The notes: generated from the letters alone by a model not told the origin. A DNA stretch of 64,000 nt from Camelus dromedarius (GCF_036321535.1 NC_087436.1:62932001-62996000), one strand, 5' to 3'; shown: positions 27,023 to 40,870, counted from the first letter of the stretch. A program made the numbers and translations.

Positions 27023-27724
27023 TGGAAACTGAAAAAGGAACTTCTTTATCTCACTAAATAATTCCTTCTACATTTAATGAAATCCCAAAATCCATTTTAT
27101 TTTTTCTTTCTTGAATTTCTTCTATCACTAAAACATTGCATTAATATCCATATATTATTGTGCACACATTTCAGAGTTAACCTTTTGTTCTTCAATGTCA
27201 ATTCAATTATATGTAATTATATACATTTCATATAAGATGGTGTTGATATTTCTAAATATGCAACTGTATTTATAACAGATGCATGTTACTAAATTGATTT
27301 TTCCATTAAGCAAATTGAACAATTTGGAAATGACCCTCCTTTTTTTCTCTTTTATCTGAAAGAACATTACAATTTTAATGTTTACAGATTATCACCTCTT
27401 ACATGGAGGAAAGCATAAACAGAAACAAAGTAATAGGGAATTCTGAAATTCCAAGAATAATAAATAAGATTATTGTAAACAATGCTTTCAAAATAAGATA
27501 GGCCAAATGGAACACTCCACCTCTTTATCTCCTTAGTAACATTTGCTTCAGAAAAATTTTCACTGTAAAGTTATAAACTAAGTTGTTTTTCTGCCCATTA
27601 CTTAAGTTGAAAAAATATAAAATACAAAAGAGAAATGGCTCCTCCATTCAGAAGGTACTGTCTTTTAGATATCTTTTAAAACATACATTAAATAGTAGAG
27701 TTATTTGCAATTTCTATTTAAAAA

Positions 27725-28080
27725 TTCATTCAGCAATTTGATTATTTCTATCAGAGGTCAGCATTTTGCTGAGAAAGCAAAGATGAATAAAACAAACACT
27801 CATTGATGGCATACTATGTGTTAGGTTTGATGAGAACTGTGGAACATGGAGATCAATGAAAATTGATGTAAGTTCTTATCTTCATGGAAGACAGAACTGA
27901 ATGAGGGCAACAGGTATTGATTAAAAAGCAAACATGCAATCACATAAATGTGAATTTCAGAAGGTCAACTACAATGAAGAAAACTGGCATGGATTTGAGA
28001 AGATGGGGCTGGCATGAGCAAATCTAACTAAATTTGGTAGCTAAGAGAAGGCCATACCAAAAAGATGAGTTTCAAATCAA
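27725..28080 (-). mobile_element. L2 LINE fragments
   Basis: ATTCATTCAGCAA terminus; TACTATGTGTTAGG..; TTCTTATCTTCATGGAAG. Confidence 0.55.
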
Positions 28081-29044
28081 TAACTCAAAGACAAGGAGCT
28101 GAGTTAATGTATTTGCTCCAGGAATTTTTAGATTTCAGGAAGAGTAAGTCAAAAATTATATTTCGGTGAACTGGACCAACTACAATCTGATTTTATATAT
28201 TTTCTAGGTAATCTCTTTCTGGAACACCTATAATTTGAACATTGGACCTTCTAAAATGTTTCTCTATGTCTCTTCTTCCTGTCTTACAGTGTCTCACCTT
28301 TGCTCTGCTCTCCTCTCATCTTTCCTTTTGTTTTCTTTCTGTTATGTTTTCTTTATCTCTCCAATTTTCTTATGGATTATTTTTTCAATCATTGCACATA
28401 TAGTTTATCAAAATATTTTTTAAATACCCAATTTTAAGCCACGGCCTTTTTAATGTTTATGGATGTTGTACCTTCAAATTTTTTTGAATATAATAGATTG
28501 GACTCAAAAAACTTGAACCAACAATTTTTCAGAATCAAGGCAGAGTCTCTTCTCTTTCTGTACCTTTTTGTTCTCCGCTTCTTTTTGGGTATCTTTCTGC
28601 TTCTATTTTTCTCTGAAGATGTTTCTCTCCACCTGTTTAATATCATGTATACTCCAAAATTGCATTCTTGACATAACTTCAGTCTTAAAGTGCATATCAC
28701 TTTATAAACACTCATGGATAATTAACTAATTTTATATTACTTGAGGAAGAAAGTTGGATTGATCTACTTGAGGTAATGTTTTTATCCAACTGGCTGTGGA
28801 AAGTTAGTGTCACACTGCACACTAAGCAAGATGTAGGAACGAAGAATCTCAGAAGGAGGATCATCAGTGGATAGATTATGGAGAGTTCTTGAAGGGGCAC
28901 TGGCCAAAGAGAAACCTCAGGAGCTTCTGCTGCAGCTCTGTTTGAAGACATTGCTTCTAACACAGCATATAGGGTAGAAAATTGATATATAGTAGCATAA
29001 ATTATTTCACAAACTGCCATTGAGAAAACGTTGTATTATGTTGG

Positions 29045-29248
29045 CACAAACAAACCTTTTCTTAAAGGTCCAGAAAGTAAATATTAAAGGTTTTGAGGAC
29101 CATAAGGTATGTATTGCAACTGTCTCTTTTGTTGTACTAGGAAAGCAGCAACAGATAATAGGTAAATGAATGGGCATGGCTTTGTTTAAATAAAATTTTA
29201 TTGGCAAAAACAAAAGGTTGGCCTGTTAGCCATAGTTTACAGAAATTG
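29045..29248. mobile_element. MER58A-like hAT-Charlie DNA transposon
   Basis: AAACCTTTTCTTAAAGGTCCAGAAAGTAAATATT..AAATGAATGGGCATGGCT..AATAAAATTTTATT..GCCATAGTTT. Confidence 0.8.
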
Positions 29249-29278
29249 TAGAACTGGGGTTTAAGAATACATATTTTG

Positions 29279-29573
29279 ATTGTAGAATAGATAAACAAGA
29301 TTATACTGTATACCACAGGGATATACAAGATCTTATGGTAGCTCACAGAAAAAAAATGCAACAATGAATATATATATGTTCATGTATAACTGAAAAATTG
29401 TGCTCTACACTGGAATTTGACACAACATTGTAAAATGATTATAAATCAATAAAAATGTTAAAAAAAAAAAAAAGAAATCAAGTAAGAAACCATATCTGGG
29501 CACTACAGTGATGTCTGCACCTGGATGTGAATCAATAGTTGGTATTAAATCTTCCTCTTTTCTGATAAAAAAA
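29279..29573 (+). mobile_element. young 5'-truncated L1 3' end with a 3'-transduced segment
   Basis: L1 3' UTR nearly identical to 19414-19600, A14 tail, 93 bp of unique sequence, second A run. Perfect 16-bp TSD AAGAATACATATTTTG (29263-29278, 29574-29589). Confidence 0.92.
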
Positions 29574-32500
29574 AAGAATACATATTTTGGGAGTATTATT
29601 ATCATTGTGTAGATCTCCATATGCATATTTAGAGAGCTAAATATTTAATGTAATATAAACAAACACACTTTGGCAAAAGACAATTCAAATTTTAAATTAA
29701 TATATACATTGTCAAATTAATTTTTTTGAAATAGGTCATTTTTAGGACTAGTTTCTGATTTTTTTTTGGTATCATTTTTCAGACTGTTTTAGATTGTAAT
29801 AGAAATAACTTTTCCTTGTTCATCATTTAGTTGCAAATGTATTCTATGTTTTTAAAGGTATTTTTCAAAAGGCTAATTATGTGTTGAAGCACATCTAAAA
29901 TTGTGGTAAGTGCTTAGGTGGAAAGTGTTTCTATATGGAGAAGAGAGAAGTACTAATGGAGCTAAAGTTGAGAATGCTAAAATGGGAAAGACAGAAGCCA
30001 TATTGGGGGAAATCTCTTTCCAGTAATTAACATATGCCAAGAACTACAGACATTAAACCATTAGCTTATATAAATGCAAAAACTGATACTACCACCTTTT
30101 CTCTACCAACTCCTACACACTAAGTTGGTAGATGGGACACAAGGAGTTGGGAGTCTGAAATCAAAAAGTTCTTCTGGGAGAGGTCTCCAGCAGCATTAAT
30201 CTATTAGTGAATATGCTCACGGGAAATCTTCTAACATTATTCTGAAAAAAGAGTGTAGTAGGGTGCTTATGGAGGAGTTAGGGGAAATCAGCAAAAATAT
30301 TTCTTACAGAAAATTAATTTATTAATTCTTTTTTCTAATCACACAGATATCTGTGGAATCATGTAGACATATATGATGAGATAACTGACAGTGAACTAAA
30401 CATTTCCTGGACCCAGAAGAGCTACTAAAATGCAGGAAAGACTCATGTTCTCAAAAAGACTGAACATTAGTATGGTCAATCAACAAAGAAGTTATTTCTT
30501 TTTAATGTTACAGAATAAACTAGCTTCAAAAAACTTGTGTTGAATCTGAAATTCTACATACCCATGAGAAGCAAGGATTCATTATTGTAAAGCACTAAAA
30601 GCACTACCAAGTCTACATACCGCAGCTTTATCGTATTAGCTACAGTGGGGTAAGTTTTTCCCAAGTTGATAGATGTTTTTATTTTTGTTTTGGTTTTCTT
30701 TTTAATTTGTGGTTATTTTTAACGGAGAGTTTGCCATGAAGTACAAAATTATTGATAAAAATCACAGTGATTGATCACAGTTCAACAAATTTATGCACAA
30801 ATCTAGATCAAAAACTAAGGTAGTAGAAAATGGAATTAATTTGACAATTATATCCACAGGAAGATGACATTAAGACTGTACATGGTTAGCTGCCACAACT
30901 CCCAGAAAAGGAAATTTGTTCTTAGATGCTGGTGCTCTCCCTTTTAATTGCCTATTCTTTTCAACCCAAAATATTAATTCAACTGCCATATGTCCTCAAA
31001 ACATTATTTCTACTTTTCTGTTTTAAAGGACTTCAGTATGCTTGAAAAATAAATGACTTGCTTCCCTTTTCTTTCATACTTAACATTTTACCTGAGAGAG
31101 ATAGTGATTCAGATGTAAGTAGAGTCAACTGAGGGTCAAATATTCATATCCAAAATTCAATCATTACACAATATATTTGACTCTCATTATTTGAATGAAA
31201 CCTTGTTTAACGGAAAGAGAAGTATTATTTTATACTATATATTTTAATTACACTTTATAATGTATTCCATTGGGCTCCTTACATGTAATATTTTCCTAGA
31301 GAATAAATAATCTTCTCTTTGTCTCATGGAGAATAAATATCTTTCCTATTTCAAATTTGCTCTACCATAATTATGATAATATGCTAAAAGTTTTAGGAAA
31401 ATAGTTTACTTTTGCAGTTTCTGGTTTCATAGTTTTTCCAAGTAAAATCACAGTGGCTTCACTTCTACTTATAAAAATACTAAATTTATCAGTGTGCAAA
31501 CAAATTTATGCACTATGCTTAATATTTGGAGTGACTAATCTTTGCTTTATTGTATCCATATATGAATGTCACTAAACATAGTGTCATTTTGCACTTCTGT
31601 CTCTAGAAGTTGGTCCCATCTCTATGACTTTGGCAGGCTTTTAATGAGAATAAATAACAAACAAGGGCACTTTCAGAAGAACATGAATTCATGAGGATGT
31701 GGCTGGCCTTTTGAAGGGCAAAATTATGTTAATGTTTAACAATGTCATTAACATAAAGAGAAGTATTTAAATACCTAACTCAAAGGATCAAAATTTTTAT
31801 GCTGAAAGATACAGTCCAATATTGTTGATGATGAAAATAAAAAGAGTATTTTAAGTACTCAATATGCAGGGCATGCACGATGACTCATTAGGCAGAGAAA
31901 ATTATTACTGCCCATTAAAGAATTAGCTTTCACACAAATGGAAAAGTTGACTAGTGTACCTCTGAGTGGCTGGTTTCTAAAATTATAAAATTAATGAATG
32001 TATGAAATATTTAATTTCACACATAAATATCTGTGAAGAGAAATTAATTGTCTCATATAATAAAAGTCACTTATTTTACATGCAGAATCAAATATTAAAT
32101 CTGAAATCATAAAATCATTTTTGATAGTATTCGTTCATGCAAATTTTATAGCAAAGTTTGTAATATTTCTATGGATTCTCAGAAATTATTTAAGTAGAAA
32201 ACTCATAATACGGACATATTGCTGTTAAAATAATAACTTTAGTACATATTAACTGTATGCTAAAAATATTTTTGAAGCCCACATGCTCAAAGGGTTTGGA
32301 TTAGGTATCCCAAATTTATATTGTAGAATTATTTTAGGAGAAAGGTAATGAAATATGCTGATTAGATTTAGCTACTCTGTATTAGCTAAAATTATAGACT
32401 ATTTTATAAAATAAAATCAGTAAGCAACATATATTTTATCCATTGTATCCAATAGCATACAATATAAAACAGTTTTTATCAGAATGCAAGGTCTTTAATC

Positions 32501-34621
32501 TTCAAAATTATGAAGAACACATCTGGCCTTAACATAATGTGTCATCATGTAATACTTTCTTATATTTAATAGCAAAGTCCAAGATGATGTTGCAATGTTA
32601 GAAATATTATCAGTTATTGAAGTACAAATTTATGTTTGAAAAATTAAAGTGACTTCAGTTCATTCCATAAAACAGGAATAAAAATTCTTGTCTCATAGAG
32701 GGGATATGAATTGGCTTAAGGAAATGGCTTGAGGAGTTGCTTAAGCAATCCAGCCATCTAGCTATCGATCACTCTCTATAAATATGTATACAGTATCTAT
32801 TTAGCATAGATATAGGTAGTATATGTACACACTATGTATATAAAGTATATAAAATATATAGTACAGCCTACATATACTGTAGAGAGAGACAGATGGTTTA
32901 TATATAGCTGTATGTTCATATAATAGTTGTATTAGTAATTATTATGATGATGATTATTTTCTTACCATCTCAATGTCAAAAGTACTAGCTGGTTAAGTGG
33001 TTGCTATGTCCTCATCAGATCATTCTGAGATAATTGGGTCTTTCTTGAGCGCTGTTCTCATTAGATCAGCCTGTGGACCCTAGCTGATTAAACTGCAAAT
33101 CTCAATGAACTGTGCTCAGTCTGACTCTATCCTACTATGTTACCTTGCAAATTTACCAGTTTCTATGTATTCATTAATTATGGACAGTTATAGCATAAAA
33201 CAATGGAATCCATGGAAGCACTATAGATTTAAGATCATTGTTTATCCACTGTATAAAATAAACAAAAAAATATCAGAAGAACCTTTATAACAAGCTTGAG
33301 CAAATAATAAATCATGAAAGAATTATCTTAATTAGAGCATGTTGGCAATACAGATGAAACTGAAACTCAAAGTTCTGGCCAGACATTTGCACTAGCATTC
33401 TATTTGCTTCTCAATGGACAAAGCAAAGCTTGATAGTCAGTGTTCTCATTAAATGTGGCCATGGGAAGAAAGGGATCAAATGATCATTAGGAAATGAGAG
33501 ACATTCTCTATGCAAAATATTCCATAAAGAAGGCACCCAAAATGATGTGTTAAACTTACACTCAGTCTCAAAATAAGGAAAAGTAACTTCCTTTTGAAAA
33601 AAATGCTGGCAATTTGAAATCTTCTGTATGTTTGTCTTTCTTAAAGTATAACTCTGAAAGGACATAGATCAGAGGCAAAGGGTTGAGATTCCATTAATTT
33701 CCCACGGCAGCATTACTGAATTACTGCTTCCATTACATACAAGGGAGAATAAAAGGGAAGAGTTACTCCTTAGCTGACTACTTTTCCAAATGTAACACAG
33801 TGAAAAACCAAGTATACACTGAATTTGTGATGCCTAAAGAAAAAAGTAAAACTTAATCATTAGAGTACAGTATTATAATTGTTATATTGGGACACAATTT
33901 CCATCCTAGAAAAATGTTTAGGATTATCTTTTCAAATGAAATTTTTATAGTGAGGTATTTATTATTTGCCAACATATATATATATATATAGACATATGTA
34001 TGTGTATACACATACAAAAATATATAGTATTTTAGCCTTAGAACTTATTTCATGTGAATATAAAAATAGAATTCACCCCTTTTAAAAAGGTGATTGTAAC
34101 ACAAATGTTCAAAATTAATTACTGCATAAAATTGGGGATGTTAATTATTCATCTATTATCTAAAACTAGTTTTTCATCATTAGACAGAATGTACTAAAAC
34201 AAAAAAGAAAGAAAAAAGATTCAACATGCAGTAATGTGTATTTCGAACAGATATTACAGCTATAAATGTTATCAGAGGTTACTCTTTTCTATGGTAAATA
34301 TACTAGTTAAAAAATTCGTTGGTGATTATACTTTGGATGGTGCATTTGCAAGCCACATACACTTTCTGAGAGTGGCTGGATTTACATTGATTTTGGAGAA
34401 GAAATTACTATTCTTTTCTCTGAGTTTTAAGTACAGAATCTGAATCATGTTTGAAATGTTCCAAAGAATGTAAATGAAACAAAGTTGGCTATAGGGTAAG
34501 ATGCTCACATCCAAAATAGAAAATGAATTGACTCAGTGATGAAAATTTGTATTTATTTCCATCTAGCATAGGATTTATCATGGGTAAAATTCAAAAAAAA
34601 ATAGAGATATTTTATATAAAT

Positions 34622-34685
34622 TGTATGTATGTATGTATGTATGTCTGTATGTCTGTCTGTCTGTCTATCTGTCTGTATATATGTG

Positions 34686-34701
<16 letters not shown>
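34622..34701. repeat. compound (TATG)n(TCTG)n(TA)n microsatellite
   Basis: Directly visible. Confidence 0.95.
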
Positions 34702-34725
<24 letters not shown>

Positions 34726-36084
34726 CATGCCCAGAAGTGCCTCTACTTATTTTAATCTTTTATTTCTTTTTCTTTTTTTGTTTGTATGATTATTGTAGGA
34801 CTGAGGTTCTATGTCATTATATTTTAAAGTTCAAAATAAAGGAGAAAAGAAAAGGAGGGAAGGAGGGAGAGGGAAGGATAAAGAAAAAGTGAGAGAGACA
34901 AGAAAGGAAAATGGAAGCAATGTTTCTTTATTTCAGCATTTTATGTTATCCTTATTTCATTGAAGAATTCTTTTTTTTTTTTTTTTTGCTTGTTTGCTAC
35001 ATGAAGAAGTATCATTTCTGGATAAATGCTTCAAAGTAAATAACCAAAGATGGCAATAGTTATATGTCACTATGTTGTACTCTTGCAACTAATATAATAT
35101 TTTATGTCAACTATACGTACTTCAGTTTTTTAAAAAAAGTGATGATACCAGGGAAGTAGACCAGAAAACAACATAAAACAGCATCATTTTAAGTACCCCT
35201 CAAGAATGAACTGCATATACAAATTGAGATAAAAACCCTAAAAAATTCCAAACAATTATTGTGCTGACATCATAAATATATGTTTTAATTCTATGCTCAA
35301 CAGAATGTGTTTCTTTTCCCCCTGTTCACATATCACATTGACTATAATATCTAATGAGGTTGGGGCAGGGTTTTCCTCAACTGCAAACATTTCCCAAAAC
35401 TTTCTAATGATCAGGCAGAAGAGCATTTTCCACTTATTTAAAACTTTTTAAATGATCATTTTCCCCCAATGCTTAGCAGAGCAGCTGTTTTTCCCTGAGA
35501 CTGAAGTTTATGCCAAGTTTAAAACGTTAATGTTTTGAGCCATGTGCTCAAGAATTAAGTATCTCCAATTTCCACACTGGAAGATCTTGGCAGCTCTACT
35601 CAATAAATAAAGTCAGATAGAAAGAGAGTTATAACACTAGAGGGAAGAAAAGGAATTCAGGCACTTCTCTTCCTCTAATTTGTGACTTTCCTAAATGACC
35701 AGCAATATTAAGGATCCTTTTGATGATCTAAAATTAGTGGAATATGACTGTAGTGGTTGGCGTATACAGTTGGTTGTTACATTAACACAATTAGATTACT
35801 GAACAGAATGAAAATAATAGGATAATTACAAATAAGACTGTGCAACACCAAGATGAAATAAGTGATATTATAAAAACAAATAATCGTTTTAAAGAAGTTC
35901 AGTGTTCTTAATTTTGATAATTTTGTGTAAGCCATAAAACAGTTTTTCAAATATTTGAATAATACTGTATTTTCACAAACTTCTACTCATTTTCAGGAAA
36001 AAAAAATCCCTCGCCACTGTGAAAATTATCTTACACTCGTGTCTTCACTACTTTTTAAAATTATTATCTTTTAAAATTTACTTT

Positions 36085-36570
36085 CTGGCGTGTATTTCTA
36101 TGAATTGTAACACATGTATAGATTCATGTAACCAACTAGCACAATAAGAATACAAAACAATTCCATCACCCCCAAAAACCTCTTTTGTGCCATGTCTTGA
36201 GAATCTTATCTCCCCTATCCCTAAACCCAGGCAAAGATGAATAGATGTAATATTTCGAGAATGTCACATAAATGCATAAATGCCAAACAGTATGTAACCT
36301 TGTAAGTTTTCTTTCTTCTTTCCAGCATAATACCTTGAAGGCAAATTCAAGTTACTGAATTTATCAATAATTTATTATATTTTGCTGAATAATATTCCAT
36401 TGTATGGATATACCAGAGATTACTTAGCACATGTTGAAAGACATTTGGATTCTTTCTAATTTTTGGAGATTGTGAATAGATTTGTTATAAAGATTCAAGG
36501 GCAGGTTTTTTTTCTATTTACATACATTTTCATTTCTCTAGGACAAATAATAAGAGTGGAGTTATGTCAA
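36085..36570 (-). mobile_element. ancient L1M 3' end
   Basis: GATTCATGTAACCA..AACAATTCCATCACCCCCAAAAA; GCTGAATAATATTCCATTGTATGGATATACCA; TTCATTTCTCTAGGACAAATA. Confidence 0.85.
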
Positions 36571-39500
36571 ACGGCTAAGGGAAAGAAAAATTACCTACTG
36601 GGTAATCGCAAAAGCAGAATGCAAATGTCAGAGAAAAGTATCAGTAAAACAATTGAGAAAAATAGGGAATAAAATTACCTACATCAGAAGGTTCTGGTGA
36701 AGAATTAAAACATTTGAGATGCCATAGCATCTGACACGTGGTTCTCAAAAAATGTTAGTTTCTACAGATACATGACAAATGCAAGATATTACTGTTAACA
36801 AAAGCTATTAAAATCAATTATTTCCCCAATTCTCCCTGGTTTAAAAAAATCACAATGGGTCTAAAGAAATTTAAGAAATATTACTACGAAACATTCAGTG
36901 CTCACTACATATATTTTTAACTTATTTTTATTTGGTTTCAGATAAATGAAAGATTCTGATGGTCATCATTCTTAGATTCTCTAGGGGAGTTTAGATACAA
37001 AATTTGAGAAACTCTATATTAAATAAATCTGATATTTACCAATGTGGATTTTGTCAAATAAACAATCTAGTATTAGGTATCTTTATTTTGGAAAACAGTA
37101 CAGTCCTTTTTACTAGTAAATTTTATTATTACATTTGAATTTTTTCCTGCTATAATTTAGTGGAGTTCTAACATTCAGACATACATTTCACATCTTTCAC
37201 TCTGTTACAACAAAGGCAAACTATTGCCCTGGTGCATTTTCTAAAAATGTCATTCCATCTACAATGTGTCTGAAAAACCTTTGTTGGTGTGTGCTCATTT
37301 TATAAATGGAGAGTCTTTCATTACAATTATGCTTTTGAAATAAATTTTACCAGTGTTTTGAATGGTTGTGAGAAACTTGGCCCTGAGACGGCAGAGGTCA
37401 ATAAGACCACTGAATGAACTGTCAGGTTGGAAACAGAAGCCAACCCTGGCTCCCTGTGCATAAGCAGCCTCTGAGAAGGCTTTCTCGCCACTAACATTTG
37501 CATGATAAATTTATGGACTCTGGCTCAACCAGCTTGATTGAACACATTGCATTTTGCTAAGAACAGCATGTCAACTAGCACAGTCAGCATCCATATACAT
37601 CTGGGGAAACTGCAACTGTTAGAATTGTGCCATGGGACTGAAGACAAGAAAAGCTTTGTCAGCTGTCAGTTAGACATTTCCTCCATTATCTATTTTACAG
37701 GTGATGAATGAATATTGTTGCTAATTTTCAATGCTGTTATTTCATGTTTTACTCTTTGGACTCTGACTGCTCCAGAGGTAAAGAGAGAGGTCAAGGAAAG
37801 GCACAGGAATAGGAGAAATACTTTCAGTCCTAAAACTTGAGGAATTAAGGGACAAAAAAAAAAAATTACCATCACAAAAAATGGCTGACAAAGCAGCTGG
37901 AGGTTGGCTGGTGATGAGTAATGCTATACGGCAATGATTCACTTTAGAAAAGATCATCTGTTCCTCCATAACCTCAAAAAAACAGGCAGGATATTCCCTA
38001 ACAGTGAATATTTGCATTATTTGCAATAAATGCCTAATTTCAACCCAGTTTTGAAGAGTCCAGGGGTTTGTCCACAGGTAATTCTGTTTGAGAGTTAATT
38101 TTATTCTACAATCCATGTAATTTCAACAGAATTTTTGTTTAAATGATTAAAATATTCATGTGACTTTTCAGTTCAATTTTGCATGGTATAAACTGCATTG
38201 AACCTGGAATTTTAAGAGCTGAGATCCATGGTCACAATGACTAGAAATAAGAATATAAGCTCTGTTAAAAACAAATGAAAGAAAAAGGAAATGGAAAGAA
38301 AACAAGGTGAGTATTTTTTGGTCAGTTCCAGAAAGGGATTGGTTACCTTATTAGAGATAAACAAGGGTAAGATCTTTACTGCGGAAATGGATAGGTAATT
38401 TTAAATGGCTATATGGAGATTTGATGTGACACAACTAATTTTGTTCTTGGATATCCTAATGCAGCCTACAAAGGAAATGACTACACTTTAAGTCCTTAGT
38501 ATCAGTGACCAGTTTTACTACCTTAGAATGGAATGGATACGAGGAGGGGAGGAGGGCTCAGGAATGTGTACAGACTGAGATTGTAGTAAGTCTAAGAGGA
38601 ATCAATGCACAGTGATGATACAGAATATCAAATTCAGCTGAGTTTCAAGCCTGTGGTTGGGCCAGAAATTCCAGATGTATGCATGGTTATTAAATAAAAC
38701 TAATTTTTAATCCATGACATTGCTCCTTTAACATAGGCATCACAAATCGCTTTGCTCTAACTATTTATTTACACTGTAGACAGATTCTCAAATGACAAGT
38801 GTGTATGTTTCCCCTGTGTGCTCATGAATGCTTTTGGCAAAGAATTTACTCACTAATCATTAGACCAGCTTGATTATGTTGTAGTCTCCTAGAATAAAAG
38901 TGTCATTTCAACCCACTGAAATATCTCCCATTGAACATTCATAAAAGAGAACAGTTGTAAACTGGGAGAGAGGAGGCACTATGCCAGGTTAAGTCAACAT
39001 TATAGTTCTGTTGAAACCATGGTCAAAAAAGGGAAAAGAAAATTATGTGTAAGCCAAGCCATTGGCCATACTAATGGAGTATAATCACAAATCAATATTT
39101 CAAGAAAAAAATTTAAATTACATAGTATGGAAAACAAAGCAGAAAGAAAAGGAAGGCTTTCAGCCCCAGTATCCAGATACCAAACTGCGTGAGAATAGCA
39201 CAGAGACCCTTTAGATTGAATCCAAAGACTAGTTCTGTGACCCTTCTTCCCAGGTCAGGTACTTTCACAGGCCTATTCTGCCCATCCCAAGGTTTTGTCT
39301 TACTAGACATTGAAGCAAATAAATTGCTGGTTTGGAGACTAGCATGTCATCCATGCCTCCTTAGGGACAACATACTTGTATAACATCGGAGGTCCTTTTT
39401 TGACTGTTTTCATAAAGCAAGTACCTAGTAACCATTTGTAAACTCGTACAGTAAAGGGATCATGAAGCATTATGGGTGAATTGTTTACTGGAGGAAAGGA

Positions 39501-39962
39501 AATCATGGTAATTATTAAAGATTCTAAACATTGTTTTTCCATTTCATTTCTCTCTCTTTTCTGCCTTCTCTTCCTCTCTCTCCCTCTTCATCTTTCTGTT
39601 GAACTCACAATTCCATATAGAATTTAAGATATATGATCTCTCAGACTCTTCACTTTTGAAGTGACTTGTTAGTAGATGCTACTCTGCTGTGGAAGAAGTA
39701 TCCCTGCTTTTATGGCCTCGCAGGAACATGATGCAAAGGAGAAAGTGGCTGTTTCTTATTTAGGGAGAGTAGGCCTCCAAGGCTCACATCAACCAACTGC
39801 AGCCCAGGACACTGGGGTAGCAAATTACACAGAAGTTTGCAGGGAAAGAACTCACTTACAGTAATAAGAACAATTTCCTGGAATACCTCTTGAGATATAT
39901 AATTAACCTTAAAATGGTTAGGTGTCACATACTTTTCTTAGCAGTAGGAATATTATTATTAT

Positions 39963-40516
39963 TGTTATGTAGTTAGATAAGTGGGGGCACTGAGCAGATA
40001 AGATGGAGGAGAGGGAGGATGGTCAAGAAGATGGTGTTATGCCTGCCTCCAACAAAATGGGGCTTTACTTCCTCTAAATGAGTGCCCTCAAGAAACAGTT
40101 TAGAACCCTACAGCTGCAACTGCGCAGTAGCAACAAGGACCTAACTGGACATGACCCAATGATCACTGTAATATAATCTGCATTGTAGTTTAGGCACCCT
40201 CCATGGGTTTTTCTGTGTGCACCATGGGTAAGGACATGCGCAAAAGGGGATGAGCATGACTAGCATTCAAGGGGCAAGAGCTGTCAATCAATCAAGAGAT
40301 CACCTCTAAGCAAGGGTACAAGAGAAGGGGCAGACAAAGACCATTGCTATCTGCCCTTGGAAGGGCCCGCCTCCCATTCTTGGAAGTGTACTTTACCTTT
40401 GCCAATAAAATCTTTAAAATCTTTTGCTACACAATGCTTTAGTCTCCTGTCCGAATTCTTCTCTTTTAGGTAAGACAAGAACTGGGGTCATTTTTCCTTC
40501 CCTTTTTGTGGTAACA
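39963..40516 (+). mobile_element. ERV1-like solo LTR nested in a MIR
   Basis: TGTTA...TAACA termini; AATAAA near 40404; U5-like CCGAATTCTT..AGACAAGAAC. Flanks TTAT/GTAT form a near-perfect 4-bp TSD. Confidence 0.8.
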
Positions 40517-40656
40517 GTATTATCCCCATTTGATAGATTTTGACTATTGAGTTGGAGAGATATTAATTACAACAAAATTACAGGTAGTACATGGTGTAAG
40601 CAGGATTTAGATTTAGGCACTAGGTTCCTGAGTTCATTCTCTTAACCTCTAGGCTC
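40517..40656 (-). mobile_element. MIR (right part, interrupted by the LTR)
   Basis: ATTATCCCCATTTGATAGA..GCAGGATTTAGA..CTCTTAACC. The left part, GTAGGAATATTATT, lies just before 39963. Confidence 0.7.
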
Positions 40657-40671
40657 CAAGCCCAACTTTCA

Positions 40672-40870
40672 TTTAATAGTTATTGGGCGTCTCACATTGT
40701 TCTTGGTATTTTAATATATACTAACAGTTTAAATATTCACAGAACCTATAAAATAGATGCTATTATTATTTCTACATTTGCAGGTAAAGTAAACTAAGGC
40801 ACTGGTCCAATATACAATAGATAAGGAATAGAAGCCAAGAGAGTTTGCCTCTAGAGTCCTGATAACCTTA
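40672..40870 (-). mobile_element. MIR SINE
   Basis: TATTCACAGAACCTATAAAATAGATGCTATTATTATT..CATTTGCAGGTAA..AAACTAAGGCAC. Confidence 0.7.
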
